52,309 nt of DNA. Source: Hydrurus foetidus (lineage: Eukaryota). The notes under the pieces are model-generated. The model had not been told where the DNA came from, did not search any database, and saw nothing but the letters and a program-made list of their open reading frames with translations. Location: positions 1 to 52,309 of the forward strand of contig UYFQ01000678.1 of assembly GCA_900617105.1 (NCBI GenBank), given 5' to 3'. Each line of letters starts with the position of its first letter. Position 1 is the first letter of the stretch. Of this stretch, positions 1-11,469 are shown piece by piece. The translations under genes and the position numbers were made by a program.

Positions 1-349
1 ATTGCTTTGCCCAGTGATTTTCATTACAATTTTATGATGATATTGATGATTTACTGTAATTACTCACACTTCAACCCAAACAAATGGTTACATGTATTAA
101 TACGGCATTTGTCCTAAGTTGCACAGACAGCTTTGTAACTATTTAGTTGAATTGTGCCCTCGCCTATGTGATGCTTCAATATTTACCGTATTTGGTACCC
201 GCACTGCATGCCACGTGACAATCCTAACAAGCACCAGTGATTCTCTTCCCCCAAGAGGAGATCAGGCCACTGAGTGCGTTGCGACTCTAACAAGTGTGCC
301 ACTCGCTACCTACTCTTCACTTGTGACAAAAAGACAGAGCAGATAGGGA

Positions 350-3300
350 CTAAATAAATCCGTGACCATCCCATGCATGAAGCGATACAGTACTGTACAG
401 TACAGTACAGTACAGTACAGTTACAGGAACAAAATAGATCAATCTGTCACATGCAAACTTCATGCACAGCGGTTGTCCCTCCACCACGTCTCTACTCATA
501 ATGCGACCGGTTACCCAGTACAGATTAGAGCGCATTGATGTGCGAGGATTGAAAGCGGTTACTATGGAGCAGTATTGGGCAGGGCAGAGCAGAGCAGAAC
601 AGAAGAGGACAGAAGAGAACAAGATGTGGGTATGCAGAATAGATCGCTGCTGGACCAGATATGACGATGATGATGTACTGCACTGCACACCCGATTTACT
701 TTGCTCTGTGAGGGATGTATGTTTCGTCATTCCCGTGAACCCATTCTGGAATGCGTTCTGAGCTGAGGCAGATTGGAGTCGATACTGCTTGTGTAGCATT
801 ATATCACCCATACCTAATAGAGTGTGACTGTGACTGCGCATGAGATGAGATGAGATGGGATGAAGTGCGTCACTCGATATGCACAGGAGTGGTAGCATCC
901 ATGGAAGTGGACCCTGGACCTGATTCCCTCCCCTTCGAACCTTCAGACGGACGCCACGTACTGGTCTTCTCTTTCTCCTCTTCTTTCTCTTTTCTCTCGA
1001 CCTAAAGAGACGGTTATTATCGATGGATGGATTGCCAAGTGTGCTGTTCAGGCTGCTGCTACGACCACCGTGTCTTGGAAGACTGGTAGGTGCCCCTACT
1101 GGACTCCTAGACTTATCCGGACTATCAATACGGCCCGTTGAAGCGGAGAGTTTCCGCACTACGTTAAGATATTTGTCAAGTGCGCTCGAGAGGTCAGAGT
1201 TCACGGGACTCCTCTGCGCTACTTCACGACACCTACTAGCAGCGCTGATTAAGATGTGCTGAGACTCTTCCTCAGTGACGCGAGAACTTTTCTTCCTTTT
1301 CTCCTCTATATCGGAGCTACCACTACGGATTGCATGGAAGTGATTCACTGACACGCCATTTATGTCCCAGAACTTTTCGAAACTCGCTACTTTATGCACA
1401 TCGCCACTATCCGATACCTTCAGATCTTTAACTATCTTTCCTTGCCGTCTTACTGCAGAATCATGCATTGGAAGCGCGAAAGGTATTCCTGTCGGGGAAT
1501 GGGCTGAGAAGGGATTGATAGAGGCGCTTGGAGAGGGAAAACTCGAATACGATCTAGACCTCCCCACACTAAATAGAGGAGCTGAATTCGTGCGTTGCGT
1601 CTCCACTGCTAAGGGATTGTTCTTCGTAAAGGAATTCTTTCTAATAGCACCCATAAGTTGTTTCTTCGTGGAGTCTAATTGATTTTGTATGCTCTCCAGC
1701 TGGCGCAGCAGCAAGGCCTGAGGTATGTTACCCACACTGCTGCAGTCCTCATTTCCTATCGTTTGTCCAGATGATGTCTTAGGTTTCTTCGTTTCTCCAA
1801 AGGAAGCCCGGGAATGTTCATCATGTGTTTTATCAGCGAGCAGAGCAGTTAGATTCTTCAGATCGTTATTTAGTCGAACATTCTCTGTTTTTAGTTCTCC
1901 AATCTTGGACTCCATCAAAGCGAAGCGAGCTTCTATACTGGATGAATCCATTCTTACTGTTTCCATCTGTCTTTCATGCGCATACGCAGCAATTCCTCCA
2001 TTTACATGTTCTGACTGGTAAACTGTTCCGCTTTTGTGATTTGAACTCGTCCCATTGCGGCAATTCTGCTGTATGCCTATTTGCGATTCGTCACTGTGTT
2101 TCGATGTTAGACAGAGAGTCATCTACTGATATCGATGAGTGCATGTGTTCAATCAAACATCGATATCGAGGTGGACCAGGTACGACAGAAAAGGACATAA
2201 AGATGATGTCAAGGATAAATGGAAAAAAACGATCACCAGTATCAGTCGCAGACAGGATGACTGTAAGACAATTAGTTGGACAGATGCATATAGAATAATG
2301 GATACCACACCTTGAGGGAGAGAGATTTAGCGTACTAAGAGAAAAGACAGACTCGTCCTTTACTAGCGTTCCATGCGGTCCTCACCGAGGGTTTTTCAGG
2401 GACGAATTCAAAATCCCCGCCCCCTAAAAGGTGCAGTAGAGACTCAAGCTCTTCAATGCACGTCTGAATTGTTGGTCGTTTGTATGTCTCGACATCGCAG
2501 CATAGACATGTAAGGGCTTCCAGTTCTTCAGGACACCAGGCATCACTGCATCGGCTAGCTCCATCTCGTCCAATGCGAACATGTTCTGCGCTCTCCTATG
2601 TAGAAAGTGACCGGATGGCTCTCTCCATTTACCGCTTCACAGAACATTATTCGAATCTCAATATATCCCCTGATTTCTCCTCACCTCTAATGCACCAGAT
2701 GTGATAGTCAAGACTCCACTAAATCTCAGTCAGTTCCGGTAAAGTAAAATCCTTTTCGAGCAGATCTTCTGACATGTGAGTGGAAGCCACGTCAAAGTCG
2801 GTTGTTATGTCCGATCGATCAACACTCCTACAGTGGAACCCTCCAAGAGATTCCATGATCAATGCATACAGTCAGATCAATAGGAATTCAAACAGGACCT
2901 GTGCAATTTTTGAAGATTGATAATCACAATTTGTGAAAGCAGTTTCTGTTCACTAGTAAACCTATTCACTAAAGCAACAATCTGAATATCAGTCTCACGA
3001 TAAGATTCCACGAGGGCTTCAGTCTGAGAACGTCTCTCAAGTTCCATTCTTACATAACTCCATCAAGATCATACTCTGAAATTATTAGAAGTTTGATAAT
3101 ATTAGAGAAAATCATGATATAGACATGATGTCAGCAAAAGCCACTGATTATTTGACCACCTTTGGACCAGATAATGATTCTGATTGAAATCCTGCGCCGT
3201 AAAAACGGTACCATTCGCTCATGGGGTAAACTCTGAACTAGAGTCAACTCGACGATCAAGTTCACTTGATCCTCAACGCTACTGGCGAAATCTTCTATCT

Positions 3301-3520
3301 TCACAGCGTATGATTCCCCATTCCATGTGCCATCGTAGACAACGCCATAGGAACCACGAGCTAAAATGCCATTAAGATGTACTTCCGCACAATCCACATT
3401 GAAATCTGACGATACGAAAAAGTCAACAGAGCCATCGGGAAATCGATTGAAAGCTCCTGATTTTGCTTCGGCGGTGAAAGCTGCATCCTTTGATGCTATC
3501 GACATCAATAAGAGGTTCAC
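350..3520 (-). pseudogene. TKL/LISK-like protein kinase gene with coiled-coil C-terminal region, frameshifted (pseudogene or assembly errors)
   Basis: ORF 3131-3520 has ARGSYGVVY...YAVK...IVEL (subdomains I-III). Removing one base at ~3207 restores MVRFYGAG. Downstream fragments MILMELCKNGT (~3040-3072) and CPEELEALTCLCCDVETYKRPTIQTCIEELESLL (~2435-2540) lie in shifting frames. ORF 350-2122 has heptad-like segments. The 3' end is uncertain. Confidence 0.7.
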
Positions 3521-3710
3521 TTGGGGCTTTTAGGACAGGTGCTCGCTAAATTTTTTATTCCTCTGCTGCGGGCGTGATATGAAGCCAGGGTACCTCATGA
3601 ATTTTAAGCGGTATCGGCGGGCGATATGGAAAAAGATGTCGGTTTGACGTGTATACTTAAAGTGCCTATTAGTGTCATACTACAGATAAAAGATGGTAGA
3701 GGATAGGTCG

Positions 3711-3766
3711 ATCACAGATCACAAATCACAGATCACAGATCACAGATCACAGATCACAGATCACAG
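3711..3766. repeat. 7-bp tandem repeat (ATCACAG)x8
   Basis: Directly visible; one unit is a variant (ATCACAA). Confidence 0.9.
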
Positions 3767-4550
3767 AGTGCTCCTCAGGATCTAATCAGGAAGGTATAAT
3801 CTGGAATCGATTATAAGCTAACGCACCGTAAACGTAATATGTCGTGAGAATGGTTTTCGTGAGAATTATTTGGAATACGAATTAATTACTGAAAATTCGT
3901 GGTGAGAGAGAACTACGGATTACGTTACACGGAAAATGGAATTTAAGGATTCCTCCATCGTGAGCATTGTGCTCAACATCGACACATCACAGATACAAAT
4001 AGAACTCAGCTACGACTCTACGTGAGTCGTCGGCATCATGCGCAAAATGAACGGGACTCATTGATCAATGAGCCTGTGTCGTCGCATTTGGGCTCAACGC
4101 CTCACCAGATTTTTGGTTTGCTCTGATTCCAAAGCCATCCTTTGGCAAAAACAATCAGCAGCCAAATGAGATGAAGGACGAAATGGTGAGTCGTTTCCTT
4201 TCAGCCAGAGGTCTTTCGATATGTCTCAAATAACAATCTGATTTCGCTTCGAAATTTAACTGCCATTGAATACTGGCGCAAACCACTTTTAGGGTGTCAA
4301 TGAACGATCAACTTCTGAGCAACGAATGACATCTTACCGCAGCCTAGGAGCATCAGTTGAAGGTCAGACTGCGCAGATAGCTTCACCAAAGACCACTAAG
4401 GATTATTCTTGACTTTAATCACTCGTCACTTTTCGCTCAGGCGAATATTCAGCTTCTTTTTTTTTGAGGTGGACAAAGTGGTGAATTTCAAGACCTATTT
4501 TGTTTGTGACGGACTTCGAGGTGGGTCGTTTCCTGCGCAACGTTACTTTA

Positions 4551-7105
4551 TGCCCGTCCATAGCGCAGATGGACCCCACTCTTCTCCCACTGTTGGAATA
4601 CGGTGGGTGCTCGAGTGACCTTCGTCTCCATTGTCAGCAGTGTCGGTAATTAGGCGACACTGTGTACAAGGACTACGCGATCCGACAGCGTCACTATGAT
4701 GACAACAGACGTCGGTATGTGAATCTGTACCGATGTCGGACTCTGCCCTTAAGGGAAGTAGACCGATGTCATCTGGGCTGGGTGACGTTTCGATTAGCGT
4801 AGGGTCAAAGCCCATACGTTTCGGCGTCAGCACAAACAAGTTGTGTTGATTCAGGGACTTGCGTCCGATGATCAGATCCAATTGTGCAAAAGGATTAACA
4901 CTAAAAGTGATATAGATAGTGTGCTTAATATTACTATCATCGAAAAAAGTAAGGCCTAAATCGACTAAGGTATTACACCTATAACAAGTGCCATCAAGAC
5001 CGCTACAAACGTTAAGTGCGGTTGAAGACACATAACAATGAGCAAGTGCATCAAGTGAGACAAGCAGTGATTTGGAAACAAAATCGCCGGCCATGCTACC
5101 CGTGTCTAGGAGCGCGTGCGCTGTAAGACTACGTCCCGTGGACTGGGGTGCTGACGCGGCTGTGGTGGGGGCGTGTCCTGCAAGGTTCTTCGTTCATCCT
5201 TGAACACCAATAATGAAAGAAGTTCATTAGGATTTGTTGAATGTACCGCTGCTACAATCGAGTCAGACGGTAACGTACCTATGAGCGGTATTTCCGACAT
5301 GTCGGTCTGGTTATGGCATGCCGCCAGCACCTCCGAGATTAGAGGCAGGGAGGTATGGGGTGGCTGTAACACGTGAAGACATGTGGGAAGAACATTGTTA
5401 GTGTTATCCGATACTGTATTGGAGGGGTTTGAGACCTCCAATGTATTCGTTACAAGTATGTCAGTGTTGAGTATACATAAAGGTGGTGGTGTATCGGTAG
5501 GTTTACATGTGCTAGTAGCATGTATCGCCACTACCAAGGACTCCACCACCGTGACATGAGGTAACGTACCATCATATGCGGCTGCGGGCGTTAGACCACT
5601 GTGGGTTGCGTTGGCGGAGGTGTTGTTGGCCAACGTGGTGTTTTGTCCCCCAGAACCGTATCGCGGTTTGTTGGTGGGACCTCGATTATAGTTCCCCCCA
5701 TGATTGGGGTTCCCTTGGTATTTTTTCTTCTGGCCACCCCCTGGGGGCTTTCATCAATGCAGAAAGAAACGGACCGAATTCATCTGTTTTGTCATCATCA
5801 ATCTCATCTCCATTGAGATTGATTCCGCACGGCAACACGCTCGCGGCGTTAAGTGTTACTGTGTTCACTCTCGTCCCGGTCTCAGAAGGGGGGCGGTTAA
5901 TACCACTGCCCGTCCATAGCGCAGATGGACCCCACTCTTCTCCCACTGTTGGAATACGGTGGGTGCTCGAGTGACCTTCGTCTCCATTGTCAGCAGTGTC
6001 GGTAATTAGGCGACACTGTGTACAAGGACTACGCGATCCGACAGCATCACTATGATGACAACAGACGTCGGTATGTGAATCTGTACCGATGTCGGACTCT
6101 GCCCTTAAGGGAAGTAGACCGATGTCATCTGGGCTGGGTGACGTTTCGATTAGCGTAGGGTCAAAGCCCATACGTTTCGGCGTCAGCACAAACAAGTTGT
6201 GTTGATTCAGGGACTTGCGTCCGATGATCAGATCCAATTGTGCAAAAGGATTAACACTAAAAGTGATATAGATAGTGTGCTTAATATTACTATCATCGAA
6301 AAAAGTAAGGCCTAAATCGACTAAGGTATTACACCTATAACAAGTGCCATCAAGACCGCTACAAACGTTAAGTGCGGTTGAAGACACATAACAATGAGCA
6401 AGTGCATCAAGTGAGACAAGCAGTGATTTGGAAACAAAATCGCCGGCCATGCTACCCGTGTCTAGAAGCGCGTGCGCTGTAAGACTACGTCCCGTGGACT
6501 GGGGTGTTGACGCGGCTGTGGTGGGGGCGTGTCCCTGCAAGGTTCTTCGTTCATCCTTGAACACCAATAATGAAAGAAATTCATTAGGATTTGTTGAGTG
6601 TACCGCTGCTACAAGTGAGTCAGACGGTAACGTACCTATGAGCGGTATTTCCGACATGTCGGTCTGGTTATGGCATGCCGCCAGCACCTCCGAGATTAGA
6701 GGCAGGGAGGTATGGGGTGGCTGTAACACGTGAAGACATGTGGGAAGAACATTGTTAGTGTTATCCGATACTGTATTGGAGGGGGTTGAGACCTCCAATG
6801 TATTCGTTACAAGTATGTCAGTGTTGAGTATACATAAAGGTGGTGGTGTATCGGTAGGGTTACATGTGCTAGTAGCATGTATCGCCACTACCAAGGACTC
6901 CACCACCGTGACATGAGGTAACGTACCATCATATGCGGCTGCGGGCGTTAGACCACTGTGGGTTGCGTTGGCGGAGGTGTTGTTGGCCAACGTGGTGTTT
7001 TGTCCCCCAGAACCGTATCGCGGTTTGTTGGTGGGACCTCGATTATAGTTCCCCCCATGATTGGGGTTCCCTTGGTATTTTTTCTTCTGACCACCCCCTG
7101 GGGGC
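4551..7105. repeat. ~1.36-kb direct tandem duplication of the gag end and protease region
   Basis: 4551-5748 is nearly identical to 5907-7105 (offset 1356-1357; compare ORFs starting at 5576 and 6933). The second copy is frameshifted and truncated. Confidence 0.95.
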
Positions 7106-9987
7106 TGAGCTTTATTCAGTACCTCATCAGTGAAATTTGTTTCACGACGGGGTATGTGGATTTTAAAGCGGCCCAGACCAGGGATGCGATCATTGATAGG
7201 GTAGGTCGCACGACCGTATTGTGCCCACGTGCGACCCATGTTGGAGTGCTCCCACGGAACATTGTGGTTGGTGTTGGAATCCACCATCCACATGTGTGGG
7301 CAGTTTTTCAGCAGATGATCGCTGTGTACACACGAGTTACACTGTCGGAGTGGTGTTGTTGGCAGTGCCAGCGGTGGTAAAGCTGGGAGTGCCGCACCAA
7401 CCAACAGGGTTTTGGGGTTCGTCGTGAGAGACAACCCGTATGGGTTTTGGGTAGCGGGGTGACAATAAATGTCGTTGGGATCCCCAAAAGCCGCTACGTG
7501 TAGCTGAAGTTGGCGTACCGCATTGACTTGGGAGAAGAAGCGACGCATCGCGAATTCCCAATCGTCCACGTCATGCGGGTTGACGCGTTTATGCTCTTTG
7601 TATTTAGCGGTGATGGCACCGTTAAGAGGCATCTTTTTCTCGAAGATGAGAGTGAGTGCAGCATGGTCGGAGGTGCTGAGTGGGCCATGTACTTGTACAT
7701 GGTTCTCCACCACCTCACGAAACTGAGTCATGCAGCGCATCTCAATCTCCCTTTTGTTGTAACAAAAGGCGAGATGGACTTCCGAGAAATGCTCAGCTAG
7801 TGACTGCCCTAGCTGGGTGTCCGCGCGAAAGTAGCGCAGGACTAATTGTGCTACTTGAGGGACAGTCAGTGTTTGGAGCCACATTTTACGTGTCTCTTCC
7901 GCGTATGGATAATCTTGATCCGTATGGATCTGATCATCGATACACCTGACTGCTTTAGTCGAGATGACTTGACCAACATCGTAGTTGTTGGTCCACCTCT
8001 GGGAGTGTTCGAAAAACTCCCGTGCTGCCTCTTGTCCAATAATGCCTGACGCATTTACGTTGAGAACGTAAAGCACCGTTTGCAAGGCAATAGCGGAGAT
8101 GGGTCGGGAACCATCGTCCACAGCACGGCCACCCACTACAAGCGCTGTAGGTGCCGCATTGGGTGTGGCAAACTGTACCGCGGGTACGTTGATCGGTGAC
8201 GTACGATCGTGTATGTACCGTGGTATCGGTGGTCGTACTGGGTGCGCTGCATTGGGGTCGGGACCGCCCCCTGCAGCTCGGAATGCTGCTGTTTGCTGCT
8301 CGTAATCGATTATGCGAGCCGTTGCAGGCAGTATCACGATGTCTGGAGGATCCAAGGGGAGTGGGTTAGGAACCCGAATTTCCCGTGGGATCTCCTGGAT
8401 GACTCGTTGGGGTTGTGGGTTGTAATCCGTGTCACCGGTGAACGTACGTACGTATGTAGGCCGTTCCGGTGACCCTGGTGGGGAAGCTTGTCGCTTGCGT
8501 GATATGGGACCCTCTTGTGGAGGTGACGCGCGTTTGCGAGGAACGTCCGCTGTGCGGGTTATTGTCTCCACATTTTCGGGGATGCGCGTATCGCGACTCT
8601 CGAGTAGTCGAGAGTTGTCGGTGACGCGTACGGTTGTCCGTGGAGTCGCACGTTCGTCCTCGTACTGGTTGTCGTTGTACTGACGACCGTCAGTATTACG
8701 GTTGCCCCGGTTGGAGGTATCCTGCTGGCGACGATTGTCTCCTTGAGGATAGTCCCTTGGGGGACTGTCATCGTGACCCTGTGGGGGTTCTCGACGACTT
8801 CTCCTATTGGGGTTGTTGTCTCCCTGACGGAAACTGTCATTGTTGTCGTCGCGAGAATTATCGAAACTGCGAGTGTTAGTCGAATAATTTCCCCTGTTTG
8901 GGTTGTCATTACGACGAGAATCCTCGTAATTACGATTATCCCTTTGGGGGTTATCGTTGTGACGTTGGAGAGTGTCTCTGCGATTATCCCTGTTAGGGTT
9001 GTCGTCTTGTTGGCGATAGTCGTGATCGCGACGCCCGTCATTCTGACGTGGGTTGTCGTCGTTGCGACGATTGTCGCTGTTGCGTCGATCGTCGATCGTC
9101 GTATTGACGTCTGTTGTCGTCGTTGAATGGGTGTCGTAGCCGCGACGACCATCGTTGTCGTAGTCGTGGCTGTCGTCATTCTGACGGTAATTGTCGTTAT
9201 AACGACGATTATCGCTCTGACGTTGATTGTCATTGCGGCGATCATCATTATATTGACGTCCATCGTTATCGTAACGGTTGTCGTTACGGTGCTCCGTACC
9301 GTATGAAGGGCCCGTATTACGGTTGTCCCTGGGAGGGTTGGAGTCATCGTAGTTACGACGACTGTCGTTGTGACCTTGATTGTCATCATTAGAACGTCGA
9401 TAATCGTTGTTGTTGCGATTATCGTCATTGTATTGACGTTGGTTAGGATCGTGGCGTTGACGGTTATCGTAACGATTACCGTCATCACCGTCTTCGCTGC
9501 CACTCTGTTGATTCGGAGTGGGCGGATAGTCGCCCGTTGCATCTCCTTCGACGGGGTTATTCCGACGAGTTGAGTTGTCGTAACTGTCGAGGCCCCGACG
9601 ACGGAGATATCGTTGCGGGGGTGAATCTATACGGCGGCGAGGGTTAGTATCGCCGTCGTCATCATCCCGGTCAGGGTTGCCATTATGGCGTGTTTGTTGA
9701 CGGTTCGCGTCTGACGAACGCAACGTGACATTGTCATGTTGTCGCGTTGTGTGAACGTCGTCGTCGTCGTCGATATTACGATTAGGCGGCGCCTGATTGG
9801 AACTGTTGGTAGGTCCCAGTATTGTTACTGGGAATACCGGTCGATCAGTTCCATCAGACGCAGCTACTGCTGTCGGCGGTGTTGGTGTCGACTGAGTTTT
9901 TGAAACAGTCGTCGCTGCCGGAATTAATTGAGTGGTTAATTCGGCGAGCGACGGCGATATCTCCGAAGAGTCATCGGATAACGGCAT
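5686..9987 (-). CDS. Gag-aspartic protease polyprotein, truncated by a duplication junction
   Basis: 1433-aa ORF with an N/D/R/Q-rich N-terminus, CNSCVHSDHLLKNC (CX2CX4HX4C), ALLDTGSMAGDF and DLIIGR retropepsin motifs. The last ~20 aa come from the out-of-frame duplicated segment. Confidence 0.8.
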   Translation of the reverse strand: MPLSDDSSEISPSLAELTTQLIPAATTVSKTQSTPTPPTAVAASDGTDRPVFPVTILGPTNSSNQAPPNRNIDDDDDVHTTRQHDNVTLRSSDANRQQTRHNGNPDRDDDDGDTNPRRRIDSPPQRYLRRRGLDSYDNSTRRNNPVEGDATGDYPPTPNQQSGSEDGDDGNRYDNRQRHDPNQRQYNDDNRNNNDYRRSNDDNQGHNDSRRNYDDSNPPRDNRNTGPSYGTEHRNDNRYDNDGRQYNDDRRNDNQRQSDNRRYNDNYRQNDDSHDYDNDGRRGYDTHSTTTTDVNTTIDDRRNSDNRRNDDNPRQNDGRRDHDYRQQDDNPNRDNRRDTLQRHNDNPQRDNRNYEDSRRNDNPNRGNYSTNTRSFDNSRDDNNDSFRQGDNNPNRRSRREPPQGHDDSPPRDYPQGDNRRQQDTSNRGNRNTDGRQYNDNQYEDERATPRTTVRVTDNSRLLESRDTRIPENVETITRTADVPRKRASPPQEGPISRKRQASPPGSPERPTYVRTFTGDTDYNPQPQRVIQEIPREIRVPNPLPLDPPDIVILPATARIIDYEQQTAAFRAAGGGPDPNAAHPVRPPIPRYIHDRTSPINVPAVQFATPNAAPTALVVGGRAVDDGSRPISAIALQTVLYVLNVNASGIIGQEAAREFFEHSQRWTNNYDVGQVISTKAVRCIDDQIHTDQDYPYAEETRKMWLQTLTVPQVAQLVLRYFRADTQLGQSLAEHFSEVHLAFCYNKREIEMRCMTQFREVVENHVQVHGPLSTSDHAALTLIFEKKMPLNGAITAKYKEHKRVNPHDVDDWEFAMRRFFSQVNAVRQLQLHVAAFGDPNDIYCHPATQNPYGLSLTTNPKTLLVGAALPALPPLALPTTPLRQCNSCVHSDHLLKNCPHMWMVDSNTNHNVPWEHSNMGRTWAQYGRATYPINDRIPGLGRFKIHIPRRETNFTDEVLNKAQPPGGGQKKKYQGNPNHGGNYNRGPTNKPRYGSGGQNTTLANNTSANATHSGLTPAAAYDGTLPHVTVVESLVVAIHATSTCNPTDTPPPLCILNTDILVTNTLEVSTPSNTVSDNTNNVLPTCLHVLQPPHTSLPLISEVLAACHNQTDMSEIPLIGTLPSDSLVAAVHSTNPNEFLSLLVFKDERRTLQGHAPTTAASTPQSTGRSLTAHALLDTGSMAGDFVSKSLLVSLDALAHCYVSSTALNVCSGLDGTCYRCNTLVDLGLTFFDDSNIKHTIYITFSVNPFAQLDLIIGRKSLNQHNLFVLTPKRMGFDPTLIETSPSPDDIGLLPLRAESDIGTDSHTDVCCHHSDAVGSRSPCTQCRLITDTADNGDEGHSSTHRIPTVGEEWGPSALWTGSGINRPPSETGTRVNTVTLNAASVLPCGINLNGDEIDDDKTDEFGPFLSALMKAPRGWPEEKIPREPQSWGEL

Positions 9988-10020
9988 CGTTAGATGACTT
10001 ATGTCTTGACAATTTTAAAT

Positions 10021-10034
10021 AGCGGGGGTCGCCA
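10021..10034 (-). promoter_or_regulatory. Putative tRNA primer-binding site of the Gypsy element
   Basis: TGGCGACCCCCGCT lies between the putative LTR end and the gag ATG (9987). Confidence 0.55.
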
Positions 10035-10043
10035 AAAAAATTT

Positions 10044-10935
10044 TGCAAGGGCTTCGCCTCGTGCCGTTTGGATGAAAATCAAACAAGCGATTAGGCGAAG
10101 CGAATTAAGTCAAGTAAGTTATGGACGGATGAATGGATCAATCCGTACAAAATGAGCCGGGATTGGGAGACTTGCTCGACCAATAACGAGAACGGCGTGG
10201 AAGACAAAGCTATCCACGGACGTCAGCCAAGCAAAGCTTGCGGCGAGAGATGGGCAGAAGTTAACGGAGTTAACTCTGCACAAAAATTTGGGTTTGCTGA
10301 GATGACACTCAAGCAACCACAAGACAGTCAAGTATCGGGAGAGAAATCTCAATCCGAGTGACTAAGTTTACGGCAACCAGACTTCGGAGACTTGCTCGCG
10401 ATAGTAAGAATTGCTCGCAAACGAGAATGTCGAATAAAATTCGAGATTCTCCACGCAGGTAATCGGTATGGGATTGCTGAGATGAAACTCAAGCAACCAC
10501 GAAATAGTCAAGTATCGGGAGATTCCGAGTGACTATGTTTACGGCGACCAGACTTCGGAGACTTGCTCGCGATAGTAAGAATTGCTCGTAAACGAGAATT
10601 TCGAATAAAATTCGAGATTCTCCACGCAGATAATCGGGTGAGTTAGGGCAGCAGGGTAGTGTAGAGGATGGTAGCTTAGAGTAGGAGGATAGGGTCTAAA
10701 GAAGAGAAACTAAAGGAAGTAGATCTACTGTGACCTTGGAAGGCAAAGAGAAGGGAGGTCTAAAGGCTAAAAGGAGCTTGTTAGTTAGGGATGCAAACAG
10801 AAGGTACGCTAGTAACTTCTGCAAAGCAGCACAAACTAGCTAGTGACTGATAGTCGTGGCTGTGAACACGAAGGTACTAAGGTGGAAACAGCATCTAATC
10901 GGCTGAATGGGGTAGCAGACCCTGAGGGAGCCACA
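10044..10935 (-). repeat. Putative 5' LTR (~890 bp) with an internal ~170-180 bp direct repeat
   Basis: TG...CA ends on the minus strand; 10294-10465 resembles 10474-10637. No partner LTR is present in the window. Confidence 0.55.
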
Positions 10936-11441
10936 GTACTTACGTCACCTGGTACAGTGTACATAATATCGAATAACGATGATGGTGATATGTTTGACGA
11001 TTGATTGATGATCAGCATCATCAATGCATCATACTTGAGTATGCTAACATGACTATACGACACAGGCAACGTGTTCTAACATTATGCTACAGTGCTACAG
11101 GGTACATACAGTGGGGTACTTACGTCACCTGGTACAGTGTACATAATATCGAATAACGATGATAGTGATATGTTTGACGATTGCTTGATTCATGATCAGC
11201 ATCATCAATGCATCATACTTGAGTATGCTAACATGACTATACGACACAGGCAACGTGTTCTAACATTATGCTACAGTGCTACAGGGTACATACAGCGGGG
11301 GTACTTACGTCACCTGGTACAGTGTACATAATATCGAATAACGATGATAGTGATATGTTTGACGATTGATTGATTGATGATCAGCATCAATGCATCATAC
11401 TTGAGTATGCTAACATGACTATACGACACAGGCAACGTGTT
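10936..11441. repeat. ~180-185 bp tandem repeat, ~2.8 copies
   Basis: Units start GTACTTACGTCACCTGG at 10936, 11116 and 11301. Confidence 0.95.
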
Positions 11442-11469
11442 TTAAGAGATAGCACAGCAATGAAAGTAG

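Larger units (their letters stand above)
4551..10935 (-). mobile_element. Truncated Ty3/Gypsy-like LTR retrotransposon (5' LTR, PBS, gag-protease; RT, integrase and 3' LTR absent)
   Basis: Minus strand runs TGTGG (10935) to TTGCA (10044), then a short A/T run and TGGCGACCCCCGCT (PBS-like), then a long ORF with a CCHC knuckle and an LLDTGS protease motif. Confidence 0.75.

Noticed and set aside
8559..9542. 327-aa T/I/V-rich alternative-frame ORF and antisense ORFs over gag
   Set aside because: Shadow frames of the low-complexity gag region.
10936..11441. Possible CRISPR-like array (also 33481-33878 and 50965-51040)
   Set aside because: Whole units repeat with no unique spacers, there are no cas genes, and the context is eukaryotic.
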